From an uncultured Candidatus Saccharibacteria bacterium (lineage in GTDB: Bacteria > Patescibacteriota > Minisyncoccia > Phycocordibacterales > UBA9973): a DNA stretch of 64,000 bases. The notes under the pieces are model-generated. The model did not search any database and was not told the origin of the DNA. It saw only the letters and a list, made by a program, of their open reading frames with translations. Positions 59,104 through 64,000 of this stretch are shown in pieces (within the stretch, counting starts at the first letter, position 1; every line of letters begins with the position of its first letter). Both the position numbers and the translations under genes were made by a program. The stretch covers positions 20,967-84,966 of the forward strand of contig CAZSFP010000003.1 in NCBI GenBank assembly GCA_964606285.1, read 5' to 3'.

Positions 59104-60036
59104 ATGAACAATAAATATCTTTACATTATCATTGGTATTCTTGCAGTACTTCTTGCATTCTTTGCGATCAAGTCATATATCCAGGTGCCATATCAAATAC
59201 CAGATGTTGTAATTGATGATCAGCAAACAAATCAAAATTCACAAACACCACCAGAAACAGAAAGTAATTTTCAGACAAAAACAGCGTTTGGTATCAGTGT
59301 TACTGCACCAAAAACACTCACTATTTCTTCGGGTGTTGGTGATTATGGAGTGTTCCAAGGTATTTCCAATATCAAAATTAGTAATGGTAATCATATTGTT
59401 GTTGATATAAATAAATATCCAAGCCAAGTAAGATTCAATGAAGATATTCCACAGGGACAATATAGTGATTGGATTTTGTTAAATAATAATTATCCTATAG
59501 GTGGTACGACAGGAATAGATTATAAAAGAAAGGATACAGGCGGTTTCCTTATTGTTGTTCCGTCAAAATTAACATTAATTTTTATTGAGCCAATTTCTTT
59601 CTCAGGGGTTTCGCAAGCGGTACTTGATAAGATTATGGATTCAGTAATTTTTATACAGACTCCACCGCCAACATATTCGACAATATTGCCACAATATGTG
59701 AGTGGACAGGAAGGTTGGCCTCCAGCCATTCAAACTTCATCAGAAGCTTATTCATGTGAGGCGGGACATTCAGAGATGTTGGATGTGACTGAAAAAATAA
59801 TTAATAATAAAAATTATTGTATTACAACTTCTGTTGATGCAGGTGCTGGACAACGATATGGGCAATATAAATATACTCGAGCAAATGGTATGGGTACAAA
59901 AACAACATACTTCACTCTCCGTTGGCCAAGTTGTGGAGTTTATGGTGGTCCAGGTGACGCACAATACAATCAGTGTCAATCGAATCAAAACACATTCTTT
60001 GCTAATCTTGATCTTCTTATTGATAGTCTGATGTAA
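59104..60036 (+). CDS. Membrane-anchored hypothetical protein (array member)
   Basis: MNNKYLYIIIGIL anchor. Confidence 0.7.
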   Translation: MNNKYLYIIIGILAVLLAFFAIKSYIQVPYQIPDVVIDDQQTNQNSQTPPETESNFQTKTAFGISVTAPKTLTISSGVGDYGVFQGISNIKISNGNHIVVDINKYPSQVRFNEDIPQGQYSDWILLNNNYPIGGTTGIDYKRKDTGGFLIVVPSKLTLIFIEPISFSGVSQAVLDKIMDSVIFIQTPPPTYSTILPQYVSGQEGWPPAIQTSSEAYSCEAGHSEMLDVTEKIINNKNYCITTSVDAGAGQRYGQYKYTRANGMGTKTTYFTLRWPSCGVYGGPGDAQYNQCQSNQNTFFANLDLLIDSLM

Positions 60037-60112
60037 ATATTATTTTAAGTCAGCAAAAAAGAAAAACCACGTTGTGGTGGTTTTTCTTTTGTTTGTGTTT
60101 ACTATCAACTAT

Positions 60113-60859
60113 TTACTGTACAACCGTTGCTTTGACCTCGAGAACTTTCTTGTCGCGCAAATTCTTTCGGATGTAGAGTTCTTGGCCGATCATAAAAAGA
60201 TTGCTGGTGATCCAGTAGAGTGAGACTGCGACTGGGAGGGTATAGGAGATGAAGCCGATAAATGCAGGAAGGAAGTATTTCATCTGGACATTCATGCTTT
60301 TCATGAGGTCGGCCTTGAATCCTTTCTCGTCGGCTTTCGGTTGTTGCATTGGTGTAGCGAACATCACCTGAAAATACTGAGAGAGGCCAGTAAGGACTGC
60401 GAAAATGATGCTCTTTGTCGCTGTGATGTCGATGAGGCCGAGGAATTTTGTCGAGAGAACCGTTGGGGCTGAGATAAAGCTGTAGAGCCCAGTATCAAAT
60501 GAGAGACCTCGAAGGAATACATAGTAGAGAGCAATAATGATCGGGAGTTGGATCAATGTAACGAGACAGCCGGAAAATGGATTGACCTTTTTCTCCTTAT
60601 ACAATTCAAATTGTTTTTTTGCCTGTAATTCTTTGTTGTCAGGATATTGTGCTTTTATCTGTGCAAGATCACCCTCGATTTCTTTCATTGCAATCTGGCT
60701 TTTGACAGCTTTTTGTGAGAGGGGAAAGAGAATGAGTTTGACGATGACGGTAAAGAGTATGACTGCGATACCGATATCGCCGCCTGGGATAATGTGTACG
60801 AGTGCCGCGAGAGCATTGTACAAAGGGTCATAAAAAACGATGTTCCAAATGTGTATCAT
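60113..60859 (-). CDS. yidC: Membrane protein insertase YidC/Oxa1
   Basis: PLS.K...Q, NPFSGC...LIQLPI, LYW..SN. Confidence 0.93.
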   Translation of the reverse strand: MIHIWNIVFYDPLYNALAALVHIIPGGDIGIAVILFTVIVKLILFPLSQKAVKSQIAMKEIEGDLAQIKAQYPDNKELQAKKQFELYKEKKVNPFSGCLVTLIQLPIIIALYYVFLRGLSFDTGLYSFISAPTVLSTKFLGLIDITATKSIIFAVLTGLSQYFQVMFATPMQQPKADEKGFKADLMKSMNVQMKYFLPAFIGFISYTLPVAVSLYWITSNLFMIGQELYIRKNLRDKKVLEVKATVVQ

Positions 60860-60877
60860 TCGACCATTGTATGAAAC

Positions 60878-61114
60878 TTAGAGCAGCTTGTCTACTTGTG
60901 GTTCCGTGCCGGGATGGCAGCGTGAGATCCTGTGGAATGTTAACTTCAGTGCTTTGAAGAATGGATACTTTTGAAATGCTTCTTCGGCGTAGTGTGAGCA
61001 GGTTGGGTAAAAGACACACGTCGGTTTCGTGAGACCAAGATGGTGCGGGATACCGTGATCTGGTGAGAGAATCACGCGATAGAATCTTATGAGAAAAATA
61101 GCGAGGGTGTTCAT
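60878..61114 (-). CDS. yidD: Membrane protein insertion efficiency factor
   Basis: C.FYPTCS.Y..EA, RI.RCHP. Confidence 0.9.
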   Translation of the reverse strand: MNTLAIFLIRFYRVILSPDHGIPHHLGLTKPTCVFYPTCSHYAEEAFQKYPFFKALKLTFHRISRCHPGTEPQVDKLL

Positions 61115-61167
61115 GCTGGTAGGAGATAATTATAATACATTTTTTTATACATCCTCCTGAATTTTAA

Positions 61168-61281
61168 CTCTCCTCCTTTTCGAGGAGGAGTACCCGTTAG
61201 GGGGAGGTGGTGATCTTATATTCTAAGAATTACCACCCCGTCTCGAGTACGAGCCACCCTTCCTTGAATAATGAGGGGAGT
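61168..61281. repeat. MITE/REP-like inverted repeat (related to 13458-13578)
   Basis: CTCCTCC..GAGGAGGAG..GGGGGAGGTGGT / ACCACCCC..CCCTTCC..GAGGGGAG. Confidence 0.6.
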
Positions 61282-61299
61282 AAATTCGTTCCTTTTGAT

Positions 61300-61620
61300 T
61301 TACCCTATCTTTTGGAGAAATGCGAGGAGTTCTTTTTGAAATACGTCTTTTGGAGCGAGAACGGCATCCTTGGAAACGATAATCATGATGTCATAGGGAA
61401 GAGAGATGAAATCACGTGTGATTGTATATGCACGGCGGCGAATGGTATTGCGAAGAATCGCTGTCTTTGCGAATTTTTTTGAAACTACGATCGCATACCG
61501 GGTGTAGGCAAGGCTGTTTGACCGGACGCGCGCAAAGAAAAAGGGGCTTGCAATCTTGCGCCCCTCTTTCAGTACCGTATCGCATTCTTTTGTTGTGAGA
61601 CGATGAGTCTTTGGAAGCAT
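61300..61620 (-). CDS. rnpA: Ribonuclease P protein component
   Basis: MLPK..RL, VSKK.AK.A..RN.IRR. Confidence 0.9.
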   Translation of the reverse strand: MLPKTHRLTTKECDTVLKEGRKIASPFFFARVRSNSLAYTRYAIVVSKKFAKTAILRNTIRRRAYTITRDFISLPYDIMIIVSKDAVLAPKDVFQKELLAFLQKIG

Positions 61621-61627
61621 AGGGTGT

Positions 61628-61765
61628 TTAGACCGTGCTTAATTTTGCACGACCTTTTTGTCGGCGGCGTTGCAAGACGTTTTGACCGTTCTTTGTCTTG
61701 GAACGGGTAAGAAAGCCGTGTGTTCGGGCGCGCTTTCGCTTCTTTGGTTGGTATGTGACTGACAT
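61628..61765 (-). CDS. rpmH: 50S ribosomal protein L34
   Basis: [45 protein letters not shown] (manual translation; below ORF cutoff). Confidence 0.95.
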   Translation of the reverse strand: MSVTYQPKKRKRARTHGFLTRSKTKNGQNVLQRRRQKGRAKLSTV

Positions 61766-61814
61766 AGGGATAGTATACTTATTTTGCTAAATAAATCAAG
61801 AAACGGGTAACTTG

Positions 61815-61886
61815 TCGGGGTACTGGGATTCGAACCCAGATTGTACGCTCCCAAAGCGCATATGTTAGCCGTTACATTATACCCCG
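61815..61886 (-). tRNA. tRNA-Pro(TGG)
   Basis: CGGGGTA/TACCCCG acceptor stem; loop TTTGGGA. Confidence 0.93.
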
Positions 61887-61989
61887 GTATGTTGAAACTT
61901 GTCTGACTATATCATATGAACAGTGTTCATACAATCCGTATGCTTTGTGATAATAAAAAAACAATCCCCTACATGAAGTGGGGGATTGG

Positions 61990-62487
61990 TTAGGATATCA
62001 CAGGAAATTGCTTAACTGATTCAGTTGCTATTCCTTTCTCGAGCATGAATGCTATAGAAAGAGGAATATTATTGAGGTCGCGTATTTCTTTTTCTGAAAG
62101 TTTGGTGAGACCTTTTATAAAATCAACAGTTATCTGTTCAGCTTCTTCTCTGTTTCCGGGCTTGATTTCTTTGTTCTTGTGTGGAACAGGGAGATGAATG
62201 GATGCGTCTGGTGGAGGATTTTCTTGGACAACCCTTCTGTCTCCGCGGATGAATATTTTGAATGCGGCAGATTGGAATACTTCTCCCTCTGTGACAAAAG
62301 TACATTTTCTGTACTTTTTCATGTAATAGATAAAGTTTCCTATCCTTGTTCCGAATTCAACATTTCCTCCAAGTGACCTGATACGAATATATACTGTTTC
62401 TCCTGTTAGTATTGTTTTTAAAAATGCTTTAAAGTCTTTTGCGGTCTTTTCTTCTATCGTTCCTTCTAATAAAAATCGTTTTTCCAT
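61990..62487 (-). CDS. ClpP-like protease family protein
   Basis: I.I.SLGG.V..G, SAA..IF..G..R, IH.P, EKGIA. Confidence 0.7.
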   Translation of the reverse strand: MEKRFLLEGTIEEKTAKDFKAFLKTILTGETVYIRIRSLGGNVEFGTRIGNFIYYMKKYRKCTFVTEGEVFQSAAFKIFIRGDRRVVQENPPPDASIHLPVPHKNKEIKPGNREEAEQITVDFIKGLTKLSEKEIRDLNNIPLSIAFMLEKGIATESVKQFPVIS

Positions 62488-62581
62488 AGGGAGCTATTGA
62501 CTTTTTGTTTTATAAGAGTATAATACATATATTACTAATTGTCAAATGTCGTTTTATATTATATGGAAACCAATAATAATC

Positions 62582-62736
62582 CAAGAGAAAAAAGAGCTCC
62601 TCAAGCTGAAGATTTTGATGCAAAAGGAAATCAGCGATCAGTTCAAATACTTCCTGATGGAACATCTGTCTATATGAGTAGAGAAGAATATATGGAAGAA
62701 ATGAATAGTCGAGGCGAAGATAAGAATAATCAATAG
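62582..62736 (+). CDS. Small hypothetical protein
   Basis: Short ORF with upstream promoter-like sequence; start position approximate. Confidence 0.4.
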
Positions 62737-62794
62737 TTTCTTACTATACAAAACAAAAGTTACCGCATATATGCGGTAACTTTTGTTTTGTATG

Positions 62795-62962
62795 TGGTGC
62801 GGGATGGGAGAATCGGTCACAAATATTTTGTTACGCAAAATTTCGCGACCCCAACTCGGCCACGACCTAGCGGTCGGCTTCGCGGCCTGCATCTTTCGAT
62901 TCCCCAACCGCAGTAAAACACAAAAGCCCGAATGCTTTCGCATCCAGACTTTGTGTTTTATG
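62795..62962 (-). mobile_element. Structured mini-element plus displaced tRNA-Gly 3' end (with CCA)
   Basis: 62795-62815 duplicates the tRNA 3' end; 62895-62912 is an antisense copy. Confidence 0.7.
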
Positions 62963-63033
62963 TGCGGGATGGGAGAATCGAACTCCCGACACTAGTTTGG
63001 AAAACTAGAGTTATACCATTTAACTAATCCCGC
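62963..63033 (-). tRNA. tRNA-Gly(TCC)
   Basis: CTAGT-TTTCCAA-ACTAG anticodon arm; GCGGGAT/ATCCCGC acceptor stem. Confidence 0.95.
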
Positions 63034-63107
63034 AAAGAGATTAACAAGGTAGATAGTAGCAGAAAATACTTATTTTTAAAAGGGGAGGTTCATGGTATAT
63101 TTTAGGC

Positions 63108-63464
63108 ATGGAAACCATAGCAGAAGTTTTTGAAAAGATGAAAGAAAAACCAAAGAATTCTTTGTCCAATTTTATTGAATTCTTGCGAACGCAGGGAGTG
63201 GTCGGACTCGCAATAGGTTTCATTCTCGGCGGGGCAGTATCAAAGATCGTTTCGTCATTTGTCGAGAATGTGATAAATCCTCTTGTGGGGTTGTTGCTCG
63301 GTCACGTTGATCTTGCGGACAAGGTGCTTACATTTGGGCAAATAACACTCAAATACGGCGCATTTATTACGAGCCTCATCGATTTCATAATCATTGCCGC
63401 TGTCGTATACTTTGGTTTCAAAAGTCTCGGCATGGAAAGACTGGACAAGAAAAAAGAAGAATAG
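63108..63464 (+). CDS. mscL: Large-conductance mechanosensitive channel MscL
   Basis: F.EFL....VVGLAIGFILG.A..KIVSS.V..VINP, YG.FI..LIDF.IIA. Confidence 0.88.
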   Translation: METIAEVFEKMKEKPKNSLSNFIEFLRTQGVVGLAIGFILGGAVSKIVSSFVENVINPLVGLLLGHVDLADKVLTFGQITLKYGAFITSLIDFIIIAAVVYFGFKSLGMERLDKKKEE

Positions 63465-63506
63465 ATGCATACAAAAAATCTCTCGTGTAACGAGAGATTT
63501 TTTGTA

Positions 63507-63758
63507 TTAGTTTAGCAACGGGTCTGCCAGTTCTTCTTTTTTCTGTTCAATACTGTGTTCGAGGATTGCGTTGTATTGATTCATACCTTTTTCATACTCT
63601 TCTTTGGGTACTTCTCGTCCCAAAAAGAAATATCTCCCATCTTTTTCAAATGTATTTTTGTCTTCACCTTCGAAAATTGGCCGTACTCGTTGCATGTCGA
63701 TGATTGATTTTTCAATCGACGTTGCACCTTCCGGATACATGTTTCCAAATTGTGGCAT
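63507..63758 (-). CDS. Hypothetical protein
   Basis: 83-aa ORF between terminators. Confidence 0.5.
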   Translation of the reverse strand: MPQFGNMYPEGATSIEKSIIDMQRVRPIFEGEDKNTFEKDGRYFFLGREVPKEEYEKGMNQYNAILEHSIEQKKEELADPLLN

Positions 63759-63834
63759 AGTATTTCCAGTATATCATAATCATAAAATCCTCACACGTAG
63801 TGAGGATTTTATGTATTCTCTCGAAATGAGTGAA

Positions 63835-64000
63835 TTACTTCACCGCATCTTTGAGAGCTTTTGCTGCGCGGAATTTTGGAACCTTTGTTGCCGCGACTTT
63901 GACCGCTTCTCCAGTTTTTGGATTGCGGGCCATGCGTGCTGCACGGTCTTTGACTGAAAAAATTCCCAATCCGGCGATAGAAACTTCACCGCCTTTCTTG
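63835..64000 (-). CDS. hup: HU DNA-binding protein (5' part outside the window)
   Basis: [22 protein letters not shown]...KVPKF.A.K.LKDAV. Confidence 0.93.
   Translation of the reverse strand, partial: KKGGEVSIAGLGIFSVKDRAARMARNPKTGEAVKVAATKVPKFRAAKALKDAVK

Noticed and set aside
61639-61854. 71-aa ORF
   Set aside because: Wrong frame, overlapping rpmH and tRNA-Pro
1-64000. Alternative genetic code (UGA=Gly)
   Set aside because: Core genes are full length in code 11 and dnaA ends at TGA

Overview
Origin-of-replication region of a Patescibacteria (CPR; Parcubacteria/Paceibacteria-like) chromosome, genetic code 11. The taxonomy is inferred from the PrgI/VirB4/pilin-SLT cluster, the GYAWS-repeat surface protein, the lack of clear SD motifs and CPR-type palindromic repeats. 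Core genes: pilB, ruvB, ruvC, comM, dksA/traR-like, rpsO, xer recombinase, xth, CCA-adding enzyme, yraN, dnaA-dnaN (with DnaA boxes and a parS cluster), class A PBP, tyrS, yidC-yidD-rnpA-rpmH, mscL, hup and 4 tRNAs. AT-rich orphan genes with their own promoters and terminators are interleaved. Most notable observations: (1) four conserved genes (ruvB, xer, cca, tRNA-Gly) carry a replacement 3' end, and a second, apparently original, 3' end is stranded 10-150 bp downstream next to small structured elements; (2) a transcription unit divergent from a TrmB regulator contains about 1.1 kb of densely structured non-coding sequence punctuated by five boxA-like motifs; (3) two further promoter- and terminator-bounded ncRNA candidates; (4) Bacteroidota-type secreted proteins (T9SS C-terminal domain, Q-rule signal peptides); (5) tandem arrays of Panacea-like paralogs and of variable membrane-anchored proteins. 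All calls come from reading the sequence by eye; no searches or folding computations were run.
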